A DNA stretch of 42,123 bases from contig CAYYMX010000003.1 of NCBI GenBank assembly GCA_964473045.1, positions 1 through 42,123 of the forward strand. Direction: 5' to 3'. The notes beneath the pieces are model-generated. The model did no database searches. It saw nothing but the letters and a program-made list of their open reading frames with translations, and was not told the origin of the DNA. Positions 12,525 to 21,237 of the stretch are shown piece after piece. Source of the DNA: an uncultured Alphaproteobacteria bacterium. GTDB lineage: Bacteria; Pseudomonadota; Alphaproteobacteria; Methylaequorales; Methylaequoraceae. The position numbers and the translations under genes are program-made. The first letter of the stretch is position 1. Each line of letters starts with the position of its first letter.

Positions 12525-13285
12525 AATTGGTCTTTCATTTGCCTAATAATTCTAAAGTTTTCTTCAATAGCATTACTTTCCAGACCAATTTTTTTTAAAT
12601 ATTGTTTGTTGTCAAATTTTAAAAAAGGGTTAAGTTTTTTTTCATCTTCTAAGACTGATGGAACAGTCGGTTTATTAGCCTTTCTTTTTTTCGTGATATC
12701 TTTAATCTTTTCTTTTAAGGGAAAACTATCTGGTTCAAGATGAAAAGCAAATTTTGCATTTGATTCTGTATATTCATGACCACAAAATATTTTAGTTTGG
12801 TTTGGTAAAGATCTAATTTTTAAGAGTGATCGACTCATTTGCAATGGAGTCCCTTCAAAAATTCTTCCACAACCTAAAGAAAAAAGAGTGTCGCCACAAA
12901 ATAATGCATTATCCTTTTTAAAGTAATAACAAATATGCCCAACGGTATGCCCTGAAACATCAAAAACTTTGCATTCTGAATTACCCAATTTAAAAATCTC
13001 TTCATCTTTTAAGCAAATATCAATTCCAGGTATTCTTTCTTTGTCATTAAGATTACCAACAATTTTACAACCATACTTTTTTTTTAATTCTATATTTCCT
13101 CCCACATGATCAAAGTGGTGGTGAGTATTTAGTATAAAATTTAGTTGAATTTTTTTTTTCTCAACAACTTCGATAATAGGTTTTGACACTGAAGGATCTA
13201 TACAAGCTGTAGTCTTTGTTTTTTGGTCAGTAATCAAATAACTATAGTTATCTGATAAAATAGGAATCTGTTCTATTTCTAACAT
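12521..13285 (-). CDS. gloB: Hydroxyacylglutathione hydrolase (glyoxalase II)
   Basis: DNYSY, THHHFDHVGGN, GHTVGH, GDTLFSLGCGRIFEG, CGHEYT, NPFL. Confidence 0.97.
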   Translation of the reverse strand: MLEIEQIPILSDNYSYLITDQKTKTTACIDPSVSKPIIEVVEKKKIQLNFILNTHHHFDHVGGNIELKKKYGCKIVGNLNDKERIPGIDICLKDEEIFKLGNSECKVFDVSGHTVGHICYYFKKDNALFCGDTLFSLGCGRIFEGTPLQMSRSLLKIRSLPNQTKIFCGHEYTESNAKFAFHLEPDSFPLKEKIKDITKKRKANKPTVPSVLEDEKKLNPFLKFDNKQYLKKIGLESNAIEENFRIIRQMKDQF

Positions 13286-13306
13286 AAATAAAATGTAATA
13301 AGTATT

Positions 13307-13909
13307 CTATGTTTTTGAAACAGAAAAAACAACCTGATAAGAAAGCAAGTTTAAAAAAAATTTATAATTTGTATTAGTCCCATATTCATTAAGCGTTAAA
13401 AGCTCTTGAACTTTTATTTTTTTCATCTTACAAAAATCTATAAAATCACTAAGAGAGCATAAATGTATGTTTGGAGTATTATACCATTCATAAGGTAAAA
13501 TTTTATTTTTTGGCATCAAACCACTGAAGAAAAAATCTTTCCTAACCTTCCAAAAACCAAAATTTGGAAATGATATGATTGCTCTTTTTCCAATTCTTAT
13601 AAGGTCATCTATAACCTTCTCAGGAAAAATCATAGCCTGAATAGTTTGACTTAAAACAACAGTTGTAAAAGATTTGTCTGGATAATCAGACAGATCATAA
13701 TTAGCGTCACCTTGAATAACTGAAAGTCCTTTTTTTACGCATTTGTTAACACCTTGTTGGCTTAACTCTATCCCTCGACAATCGACATCTTTTTTTTTTA
13801 CTAAAAAATCTAATAAATTGCCATCACCGCATCCCACATCAAGAACTTTTTCATTTTTTTGAATAAGCTTTGCTATAATCAAAAGATCATTTCTAAGAAT
13901 TTTACTCAT
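13307..13909 (-). CDS. metW: Methionine biosynthesis protein MetW
   Basis: VLDVGCGDG, GLSVIQGDA, LSQTIQ, SFPNFGFW, LPYEWYNTPNIH. Overlaps the metX stop. Confidence 0.95.
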   Translation of the reverse strand: MSKILRNDLLIIAKLIQKNEKVLDVGCGDGNLLDFLVKKKDVDCRGIELSQQGVNKCVKKGLSVIQGDANYDLSDYPDKSFTTVVLSQTIQAMIFPEKVIDDLIRIGKRAIISFPNFGFWKVRKDFFFSGLMPKNKILPYEWYNTPNIHLCSLSDFIDFCKMKKIKVQELLTLNEYGTNTNYKFFLNLLSYQVVFSVSKT

Positions 13910-15021
13910 AACTTATTTTGAATTATTTGGCCATCTAAAAAACCTTTTAAGGTGGAATGAAGTTCTGGTTCATTTAATAAGAAAGCATCATGACCTTTGT
14001 CTGTATCAATTTCTACAAAACTTACCATAGCACTTGAACTATTCAATGATTTAATTATCATTTTTGTTTCAGATGTTGGAAAAAGCCAATCTGATGTAAA
14101 AGAAAAAAAACAAAACTTTACATCATTGTTTTTAAAAACATTGGGTAATCCCCCTTTGAAAATCGATAGGTCAAAATAATCCATAGCTTTTGTAATATAT
14201 AAATAACTATTAGCATCAAATCTCTCAACAAAAGAAATTCCTTGGTGCTTTAAATAACTTTCAATCTGAAAGTCCGTTCCAAAATCAAAAGACAAATAAT
14301 TACTACCCTGAAGATTTCTTCCAAACTTTCTTTGCAATGCTGACTCTGATAAATAGGTTATATGTGCAATCATCCTAGCTACTGCCAAACCTCTATTTGG
14401 AAATTTTTTTTTTCTATAATAATGACCTTTATACCAATTTGGGTCTGCCATTATTGCTTGTCTTCCAATTTCATGAAGTGCTATATTTTGAGCAGAATGT
14501 CTATATGAAGTGGCAATTGGAATAACTGCATTTACCTTGTTACTAAATTTTGCAGCCCATTCAAGTGTTTGCATACCACCCATTGACCCTCCAATGACAG
14601 CAAACAACTTTTCAATCCCCAGTTTAGAGATCAGAATTGCTTGAGCCTTTACCATGTCAGCAATTGTTATAACAGGAAAACTTAAGGCATAAGGTTTGTT
14701 AGTTTTTGGATTAATTGAAGATGGACCAGTACTACCCATACAGCCACCTAAAACATTGCTACAAATCACATAAAAAACATCAGTATCAATTATTTTACCA
14801 GGTCCAACCAAAATATTCCACCAGCCATCTTTTTTTGTGATTGGATTTTTTTGTGAACAATACTGATCACCAGTTAAAGCATGACAAATAAAAATAGCAT
14901 TATTCTTTTTTGCATTTAACTTTCCATAAGTCTTAAAAGCAATTTCACAATCTTTTAAAAATTTTCCTGAATCTAATTTTATTGGTTGATTCAGTCTTAT
15001 TTTTTCAGAATTAATACTCAT
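13906..15021 (-). CDS. metX: Homoserine O-acyltransferase (MetX family)
   Basis: CHALTGD, GWW...GPGK, NVLGGCMGSTGP, GGSMGGMQ (nucleophile Ser), RFDANSYLY, SDWLF, GHDAFL. Confidence 0.97.
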   Translation of the reverse strand: MSINSEKIRLNQPIKLDSGKFLKDCEIAFKTYGKLNAKKNNAIFICHALTGDQYCSQKNPITKKDGWWNILVGPGKIIDTDVFYVICSNVLGGCMGSTGPSSINPKTNKPYALSFPVITIADMVKAQAILISKLGIEKLFAVIGGSMGGMQTLEWAAKFSNKVNAVIPIATSYRHSAQNIALHEIGRQAIMADPNWYKGHYYRKKKFPNRGLAVARMIAHITYLSESALQRKFGRNLQGSNYLSFDFGTDFQIESYLKHQGISFVERFDANSYLYITKAMDYFDLSIFKGGLPNVFKNNDVKFCFFSFTSDWLFPTSETKMIIKSLNSSSAMVSFVEIDTDKGHDAFLLNEPELHSTLKGFLDGQIIQNKL

Positions 15022-15042
15022 TAAACAATATTCTCAATCTAA

Positions 15043-15084
15043 TTGACTTAAATGGCATCATAGCTATGTTGATTTAGTAGTCAA
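15043..15084. promoter_or_regulatory. Putative bidirectional sigma70 promoter for hisC (+) and metX (-)
   Basis: Plus strand: TTGACT (15043-48), 16 nt, TATGTT (15065-70). Minus strand: TTGACT (15084-79), 16 nt, TATGAT (15062-57). Both are symmetric about the palindrome CATAGCTATG (15059-68). Confidence 0.55.
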
Positions 15085-15097
15085 AATAATTTTGACT
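15079..15097. repeat. Inverted repeat AGTCAAAAT-A-ATTTTGACT, possible operator
   Basis: Perfect 9-bp arms around a 1-nt centre, in the metX/hisC intergenic region. Confidence 0.6.
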
Positions 15098-15113
15098 GAT
15101 AATATAATTAAAA

Positions 15114-16223
15114 ATGAAAAAACCATTTATTCAGAGCTTAATAAAACCTTCTATCAATAAAATAGCTAAATACGTTCCAGGTCAATCCACTATAGCAGGA
15201 AGCGATAAAATCATAAAATTATCTTCAAATGAATCTCCTTTTACAATTCCAAAAAAAATAATTTCATTGATTCCTAAACTTGCTTTAAAAACAAATTTTT
15301 ATCCTGATGGCGATTCAAATTTATTAAAGAAAACTATATCAAAAAAATTTGGTTTAAAGAAAAATCAGATAGTTTGTGGCAATGGGTCGGATGATATTTT
15401 ATCAGTAATTTGCCAAACATTTTCTAGAGAAAATTGCGAAGTTATATGTAGTGAATATGGGTTTATATATTATCCTATAATTGCCAAGGCTAATGGAGCT
15501 AATGTTGTAATTGCAAAGTCAGAAAATCTTTCAATAAGTTGTAAAAATATTCTAAAGAAAATTACAAGTAAAACAAATCTGATCTTTCTTGCAAATCCAA
15601 ACAATCCAACAGGAACAGTTATCTTTAAAGATGAACTAACAAACTTTCTTAAGCAAGTACCTAAGAATATCATTGTAGTTTTGGATGGGGCATACTCTGA
15701 ATTCATTCAAGATTCTCGCTACTCTGATGGATTGGAATTAGTAGAAAAATTTTCTAATTTAATTATCACAAGAACTTTTTCCAAAATATTTGCACTTGCC
15801 GGCTTAAGATTAGGTTGGAGTTATTCTTGTCCCGAAATTGTTCACCTTCTGGAAAAAATTAGAGGCCCTTTTAATATTAATGCAATTGCTCAAATAGTCG
15901 GTTCATTAATATTAAAAGATAAAAATTTTCTCAAAAGATCAATTAATCATAATAGAAAGTGGCAAAAAAAATTGGTAAAAAAAATTAATGATATTGGTTT
16001 AGAAGCAAAAGAAACATTTACCAATTTTGTACTAGTAAAAGTTGAAAAAAAAAAAATTGACAAAAAAAAGATATTATGCGGTTTATTGAAAAAAAAAATA
16101 ATAGTAAGAGACTTAACAAGCTATGATCTTGCTGATTATTTTAGAGTCTCGATGGGAACAGATGTTCAATTAGACAAATTTTCAAAAGAACTAGCAAATT
16201 TAGTCCGAAAGTATTCCAAATGA
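15114..16223 (+). CDS. hisC: Histidinol-phosphate aminotransferase
   Basis: IKLSSNESP, YPD, GNGSDD, ANPNNPTG, LDGAYSEF, TRTFSKIFALAGLRLGW (PLP Lys). Confidence 0.95.
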   Translation: MKKPFIQSLIKPSINKIAKYVPGQSTIAGSDKIIKLSSNESPFTIPKKIISLIPKLALKTNFYPDGDSNLLKKTISKKFGLKKNQIVCGNGSDDILSVICQTFSRENCEVICSEYGFIYYPIIAKANGANVVIAKSENLSISCKNILKKITSKTNLIFLANPNNPTGTVIFKDELTNFLKQVPKNIIVVLDGAYSEFIQDSRYSDGLELVEKFSNLIITRTFSKIFALAGLRLGWSYSCPEIVHLLEKIRGPFNINAIAQIVGSLILKDKNFLKRSINHNRKWQKKLVKKINDIGLEAKETFTNFVLVKVEKKKIDKKKILCGLLKKKIIVRDLTSYDLADYFRVSMGTDVQLDKFSKELANLVRKYSK

Positions 16224-17104
16224 AAACTAAATTTAAAAAGATTTCTATTATAGGCCCAGGTTTAATTGGCTCATCGTTAGGACTTGCAATGAAGGAAGCA
16301 GGGCTAGCAAAAGAGATTCTTGGAATAGATAAATCTAAAAAAAATCTGCATCACGCTTTGAAAAATGGTTCAGTTGATCACGGAGCCACTACAATTGACA
16401 ATAGAATAAAAAACAGTGATATTATATTTATTTGCACTCCTGTAAGCCTTATTGACGAATTAGTAAAAAAAGTCATACCTTTCACTTCAAACAATACAAT
16501 AATCAGTGATGTAGGTTCCGTAAAAAACATTTTTAAAAAGTCGACTGTAAATTTAGTCAATAAAAAATGTTTTTTTGTTCCTGGCCATCCCATAGCTGGA
16601 ACTGAACACTCAGGAGCAAAAAATGCTGAAAATAATTTGTTCAAAAAAAAATGGTGCATTCTCACACCAGAAAATAAAAAAGCTAAAGAAACAGAAATAA
16701 TTTCATCTCTTTGGAAAAACTTAGGAATGAAAGTTTCTATAATGTCAGTTAATGATCATGATAATATCATGTCTATAACCTCACATTTACCTCACTTAAT
16801 TGCATTTACCATAGTTGGAACTGCATTCAACATAAATCCAAAAAAGAAAAAGGAATTATTAGATTTCTCTGCAGGAGGTTTTCGTGACTTTACTAGAATA
16901 GGTTCCTCAGATCCAAAAATGTGGACAGATATTTTTATAAAGAACCAAAATCAACTAATAAAAACACTTGATCGTTTTCTGGTTGATTTAAACAAACTAA
17001 AATCACTTATAAAACAGAATAATGAAGAAAAAATACTTAATATTCTAAAAAGAACCAAAGAAATTAGAAAGGGTATAATTAATGTTGAAAAGTTTTTTAG
17101 GTAG
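16220..17104 (+). CDS. tyrA: Prephenate/cyclohexadienyl dehydrogenase
   Basis: IIGPGLIGSS, DVGSVK, GHPIAGTEHSG, HD...SHLPH, AGGFRDFTRI.SSDPKMW. Follows hisC. Confidence 0.95.
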   Translation: MKTKFKKISIIGPGLIGSSLGLAMKEAGLAKEILGIDKSKKNLHHALKNGSVDHGATTIDNRIKNSDIIFICTPVSLIDELVKKVIPFTSNNTIISDVGSVKNIFKKSTVNLVNKKCFFVPGHPIAGTEHSGAKNAENNLFKKKWCILTPENKKAKETEIISSLWKNLGMKVSIMSVNDHDNIMSITSHLPHLIAFTIVGTAFNINPKKKKELLDFSAGGFRDFTRIGSSDPKMWTDIFIKNQNQLIKTLDRFLVDLNKLKSLIKQNNEEKILNILKRTKEIRKGIINVEKFFR

Positions 17105-17789
17105 GACTAGAAAAAATCTTTTCCAATTTTTTTAAAACAACTTTTTTATTGCTTAAATTTTTAATAGGTGGAAATATCTTTACTTTGATTACACCTGAAT
17201 TCTTTTTAAAACTTTTGTTTATCCAAAACTTTCCTGCATCATGATTTATTGGAACTATTGGAATACCCAAACTTTTATGAATTGCATAAAAACCAGGATT
17301 TAAATTAACTTTTTGAAAAACATTTACTCTAGTACCTTGTGGAAAAATCAAAAAAGTATTTATGCCTGATTTTATAAGTTTATCAACTGATTTTAAGACA
17401 AGCTTCAACGAACTATAGCCTTTATCTCTATCAATAAATATAAAACCTAATTTCCTAAAATATCCTGATAAAATTGGAGTTTTAATTAGTTCCTTTTTTA
17501 AGAGAAATACAGGGTCATCAAAATAAAAATAAAGAAAAAAAGTTTCCCATGCGCACTGATGGTTACTCGCAACAATATACGGACCTTTTTTGGGAATATT
17601 ATCTTTTCCTTCAACCAAAAACTCAATTCCTAAAATTAATTTAGTTAATTTCATTACTGAGTTAGACCATATTTTTGAAACTGACACTGTTAGTTTTCTC
17701 TTAAAAAATCTAACAGGTGAAAATAAAGTAAAGAAAAAAGTTGTCCAACTGTAAAAAACAAAATAAAAAATAAGACTTCTAAAAAACAT
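17097..17789 (-). CDS. plsC: 1-acyl-sn-glycerol-3-phosphate acyltransferase (PlsC-like)
   Basis: N-terminal TM segment, SNHQCAWE, LKKEL, IFIDR, IFPQGTR. Typical position after ftsX-ydcF. Confidence 0.88.
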   Translation of the reverse strand: MFFRSLIFYFVFYSWTTFFFTLFSPVRFFKRKLTVSVSKIWSNSVMKLTKLILGIEFLVEGKDNIPKKGPYIVASNHQCAWETFFLYFYFDDPVFLLKKELIKTPILSGYFRKLGFIFIDRDKGYSSLKLVLKSVDKLIKSGINTFLIFPQGTRVNVFQKVNLNPGFYAIHKSLGIPIVPINHDAGKFWINKSFKKNSGVIKVKIFPPIKNLSNKKVVLKKLEKIFSSPT

Positions 17790-17791
17790 TT

Positions 17792-18388
17792 CTAATAAAA
17801 AATTATCGAATAAAATACTTTGAAGTATTCAAAAAACATAAGTTTAATATGGAAAAAAAAATTTTCGCTAATATCTTTTTTTTTTTGGGCTGGTAGGATT
17901 ACAATTTGTCTATTAGGAAGGGTTTTTTCAAAGATTATTAGACTTCTTGGTAAATGATAGTATGAACTTACAAGAATAATCTTTTTAATTTCATCATTTT
18001 TTATAAGCCACTTTTTTACTTCATGTGCATTTTCGAGTGTATTTTTAGCTCTTTCACCATACGACACACAACAATTATAGAGATTAGAAAATTTTTGATC
18101 TTGATTGTATTTTGTTTTTAGATCCGTTCCTAAGAATACCCCAGAAATAAATAGTTTTTTTGCTTTCTTTGAAACTAGCAATTGAATTCCCTTCTCAATT
18201 CTACCTTTCCCTCCAGTCAAAACAACTATAGCCACTTTATCAATATTTAAGTTAGATTCTTCTGGATGGTAGTAATTTTTTGGTAGTGTGTTAAATAAAA
18301 AGACTACCCACCAAAAAAAACCAGCAATTAAAAAAAGTACTAAATACAAAAAAGTTCTTTTAAATTTCGTCAAAAAACCTCTTCTCAA
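17792..18388 (-). CDS. YdcF/DUF218 family membrane-anchored protein
   Basis: AIVVLTGGKGRI, LFISGV, AKNTLENA, LVSSYYHLPRS, EYFK. Start is uncertain (TTG). Confidence 0.88.
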   Translation of the reverse strand: MRRGFLTKFKRTFLYLVLFLIAGFFWWVVFLFNTLPKNYYHPEESNLNIDKVAIVVLTGGKGRIEKGIQLLVSKKAKKLFISGVFLGTDLKTKYNQDQKFSNLYNCCVSYGERAKNTLENAHEVKKWLIKNDEIKKIILVSSYYHLPRSLIIFEKTLPNRQIVILPAQKKKDISENFFFHIKLMFFEYFKVFYSIIFY

Positions 18389-19256
18389 AAAAATAAAACA
18401 AATAAGAAGTTAAATATATCAGCAAGACAATTAAAAAAAAAATAAGAAATAAAACTAATACGATAAAATTTTTTATATTTAAATCAAAAAAAAATGATGA
18501 TGAAAAAAAATTAGAACTTAGACCTAAAACTTGTGCTGAAGTTGTAAAAACTACAAAAACAAAAATTAAACTTAAAAAAGATCCTGGCATAATTTTTTTA
18601 ACTATCATTAAAGAAATACTTTTGGCTATATCAATACTACTTGCTCCCATAATTTGAATCATTTCTAAAAATTTAAAATTGACTAATAATGCAGCCTTAA
18701 TCATTGTCGTAATAAGGAAGGCAAACAAAATACTTACCATTGCAAACATGAAGAATATAAAAAATTTTATTCTATTTATAATGATTGCTATTTCATAAAG
18801 CTCATCTCTATGAGCATACTTTTCGATTACTCTTTCACCAGAAATAGTTTTTATTTTATCTTCAATTAATTCTAGTTTTTTATCTTCAACTAATATCTGA
18901 AAAATCAAAGGCATCCCTATGCTAGAAAAAGTATTTAAATTTTCTAAACCTAAACTCTCTTGAATTAAACCGGAATCAATTACTTTAAAAGAATTTTCAT
19001 GAAATTTTTCCCTCAAAAAAGAAAAGATATTTTCTTTTACAGTTAGTGGAATATCTCTTTCATTTTCAAGGGTTGAAATTATAAATGTTGTCTTTCTGGA
19101 TTCCTGATCAATCCAATTACTTGAAAACTTATAGAAATTAAAATACAGAATTGCATTGATAGCAATAAGACTAAGAATTACAAAGGATAAACCATGGAAA
19201 AATTTTTCATCATCTTTCAAAAATATTCTTTTTAGTAAATTTTGGTAGTTAGTCAT
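18360..19256 (-). CDS. ftsX: Cell division permease FtsX-like (highly divergent)
   Basis: Topology is TM1, periplasmic domain, then three TMs. Motif LEMIQIMGASSIDI. Lies between ftsE and ydcF. Confidence 0.75.
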   Translation of the reverse strand: MTNYQNLLKRIFLKDDEKFFHGLSFVILSLIAINAILYFNFYKFSSNWIDQESRKTTFIISTLENERDIPLTVKENIFSFLREKFHENSFKVIDSGLIQESLGLENLNTFSSIGMPLIFQILVEDKKLELIEDKIKTISGERVIEKYAHRDELYEIAIIINRIKFFIFFMFAMVSILFAFLITTMIKAALLVNFKFLEMIQIMGASSIDIAKSISLMIVKKIMPGSFLSLIFVFVVFTTSAQVLGLSSNFFSSSFFFDLNIKNFIVLVLFLIFFLIVLLIYLTSYLFYFFEKRFFDEI

Positions 19257-19897
19257 TTTACATTATTTTTTAAATGAAGTGTTTTATAAGTCTTTGGTAA
19301 AATATCTGGGTTCTTAGAAGTAATTATAATTGTTGTGCCTAATTTATTAATTGATTCAAAAAGAAAAAAAATTTTTTTGGTTGACTGTTTATCCAGATTT
19401 GTATCTGGTTGATCTGCAATAACAATTTTTGGATTTGTTATAAGCGCTCTTGCAATCACAACTTTTTGTTTTTGACCATTTGAAAGCTTGCTAATAGGAG
19501 TATCTTTAATATTTGTTAAACCCAACCAACTTAATATTTCCTTACTCCTACTCAAGTAATCAAAATTTTCTTTTTGTATCACACTCGAAAATTCAACATT
19601 TTGGGAGACAGTAAAAAATGGAATCAAATAATCATTTTGAAGAATCACACCTAATTGTCTCCTAAATTCCAATATTTTCTCTTTACTATTTGATGTTATC
19701 TTCTTGCCAAAAAGAAACAAATTTCCTTTTAGTGGAAGAATTTTCATATATAAGAGTTTCAAAAATAATGATTTCCCAACTGCATTATTTCCACTTATAA
19801 CCCAAAAGTCTCCTTTGTTAATTTTCAAATTAATATTTAATATATTTCCACCTCTATAACCTATTGAAGCGTTTTCTACATTTATAATTTCACTCAT
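19253..19897 (-). CDS. ftsE: Cell division ABC ATP-binding protein FtsE-like, with degenerate catalytic motifs
   Basis: Walker A GNNAVGKS, RRQLGVILQNDYLI, signature LSNGQKQKVVIARAL, Walker B IVIADQPDTNLD, LGTTIIITSK. Upstream of ftsX. Confidence 0.85.
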   Translation of the reverse strand: MSEIINVENASIGYRGGNILNINLKINKGDFWVISGNNAVGKSLFLKLLYMKILPLKGNLFLFGKKITSNSKEKILEFRRQLGVILQNDYLIPFFTVSQNVEFSSVIQKENFDYLSRSKEILSWLGLTNIKDTPISKLSNGQKQKVVIARALITNPKIVIADQPDTNLDKQSTKKIFFLFESINKLGTTIIITSKNPDILPKTYKTLHLKNNVK

Positions 19898-21111
19898 TCT
19901 ATTGTTTTATTTCCTTTTACAAAAATTTCTTTTGCAACACCACGCAAATTATAATTCGAGGACATACAAGACCCATAAGCTCCAACTGAACAAATTACAA
20001 CTAAATCATCTTTTTTTAAATCCTGCATTTGAACATTTCGCGCAAAAATATCTCCACTTTCACAAATAGGACCAACAATATCAAATTTGCAACTTTGCAC
20101 ATTTTCTTTTGTAACCGGAAGTATTTTGTGATAGGCGTTGTAAAGAGATGGTCTTAAAAAATTATTCATCCCACTATCCAAAATAATAAAATTTTTTTCG
20201 GCACCTATTTTTTTTCTTATTACGGAGGAAACTAAAATCCCAGCTGAACCAACTAAAAAACGTCCAGGTTCCAATATGATTTCAACCGATAGATCAGAAA
20301 AGTATTTTTCAACTAATTTTGCATATTTTTGCAGTGGGAAGTAAAAATCACCATTATAATTTATTCCTATCCCACCTCCAAGATCCAAACTTTTTATTTT
20401 ACAATTCATTTTTAATAATTCACCAACCAATTTTCTTAAAACTTTAAATGATTCTTCAAATGGAGTTATTTCTTCAATTTGAGATCCTATATGAACTGTT
20501 AGACCCATAAGAGACAAAGATTTTTTATCTCTATAATTTTGAAAAATTGATTTAATCTTTTCTAAGGGTATCCCAAATTTATCTTCTGATCTTCCCGTAG
20601 ATACCTTCTCATGTGTTTTGGCATTTACATTGGGATTAACTCTCAAACATATATTTATTTTTTGATTTTTAGATGAAATAAATTTATCAATTTCATCTAA
20701 CTCTTCTTCACTTTCAACATTAATCTGCTTTATTTTTTTCTTGATAGCAAATTTAATTTCTTCCTCTGTCTTTCCAACACCCGAGAAAACAACCTTATCA
20801 GGTGTAATTCCATTATTTAGAGATTTAACCATTTCTCCTTTTGAGACAACATCCACTCCTAGTCCCAAACGAGAAACTAAATTTATAACCAAAGCATTAT
20901 GATTAGCTTTCACCGCATAGCAAATTAATGGATTTATTTTACTAAATGAATTCTTTAACTTGTAAAAATTGTCTTCTATTTCGCTAAGTGAATAACAGTA
21001 AAAAGGAGTTCTAATTTTCTCAGCTAAAGATTTGCAGGAAACTTCCTCTAAAAATAATTCATCATTTGCATATCGAAGATATCCATTAAAATTTGAAATC
21101 TTAGTTTTCAT
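19894..21111 (-). CDS. lysA: Diaminopimelate decarboxylase
   Basis: CYAVKAN (PLP Lys), DVVSKGE, FSGVGK, LRVNP, HIGSQ, DLGGG, EPGR, VGPICESGD, GAYG..MSSNYN. The ATG at 21111 is preferred over the GTG at 21141, which lies inside the lipoprotein gene. Confidence 0.97.
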   Translation of the reverse strand: MKTKISNFNGYLRYANDELFLEEVSCKSLAEKIRTPFYCYSLSEIEDNFYKLKNSFSKINPLICYAVKANHNALVINLVSRLGLGVDVVSKGEMVKSLNNGITPDKVVFSGVGKTEEEIKFAIKKKIKQINVESEEELDEIDKFISSKNQKINICLRVNPNVNAKTHEKVSTGRSEDKFGIPLEKIKSIFQNYRDKKSLSLMGLTVHIGSQIEEITPFEESFKVLRKLVGELLKMNCKIKSLDLGGGIGINYNGDFYFPLQKYAKLVEKYFSDLSVEIILEPGRFLVGSAGILVSSVIRKKIGAEKNFIILDSGMNNFLRPSLYNAYHKILPVTKENVQSCKFDIVGPICESGDIFARNVQMQDLKKDDLVVICSVGAYGSCMSSNYNLRGVAKEIFVKGNKTIE

Positions 21112-21232
21112 TTTGGCTAGGATATTGTTTTGGATAGTCACTACCAGGATACTTTTCTAAATAAGATTTTTTACCACATCCCACGAGTACAAACAGAAAT
21201 AAAAAAAAAAATATTTTGAAGATAGTTTTCAT
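21101..21232 (-). CDS. Small lipoprotein (43 aa), LptM/YifL-like
   Basis: Manual translation: MKTIFKIFFFLFLFVLVGCGKKSYLEKYPGSDYPKQYPSQNEN*. Signal peptide with lipobox LVG-C followed by GKK. Fills the argH-lysA gap. Absent from the ORF track. Confidence 0.85.
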   Translation of the reverse strand: MKTIFKIFFFLFLFVLVGCGKKSYLEKYPGSDYPKQYPSQNEN

Positions 21233-21237
21233 AAAGA

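Noticed and set aside
15022-15113. SAM-II/SAM-V riboswitch upstream of metX
   Set aside because: I could not find the expected pseudoknot or conserved motifs by eye, and the predicted leader is only about 30 nt. An Infernal search would be needed to exclude it fully.
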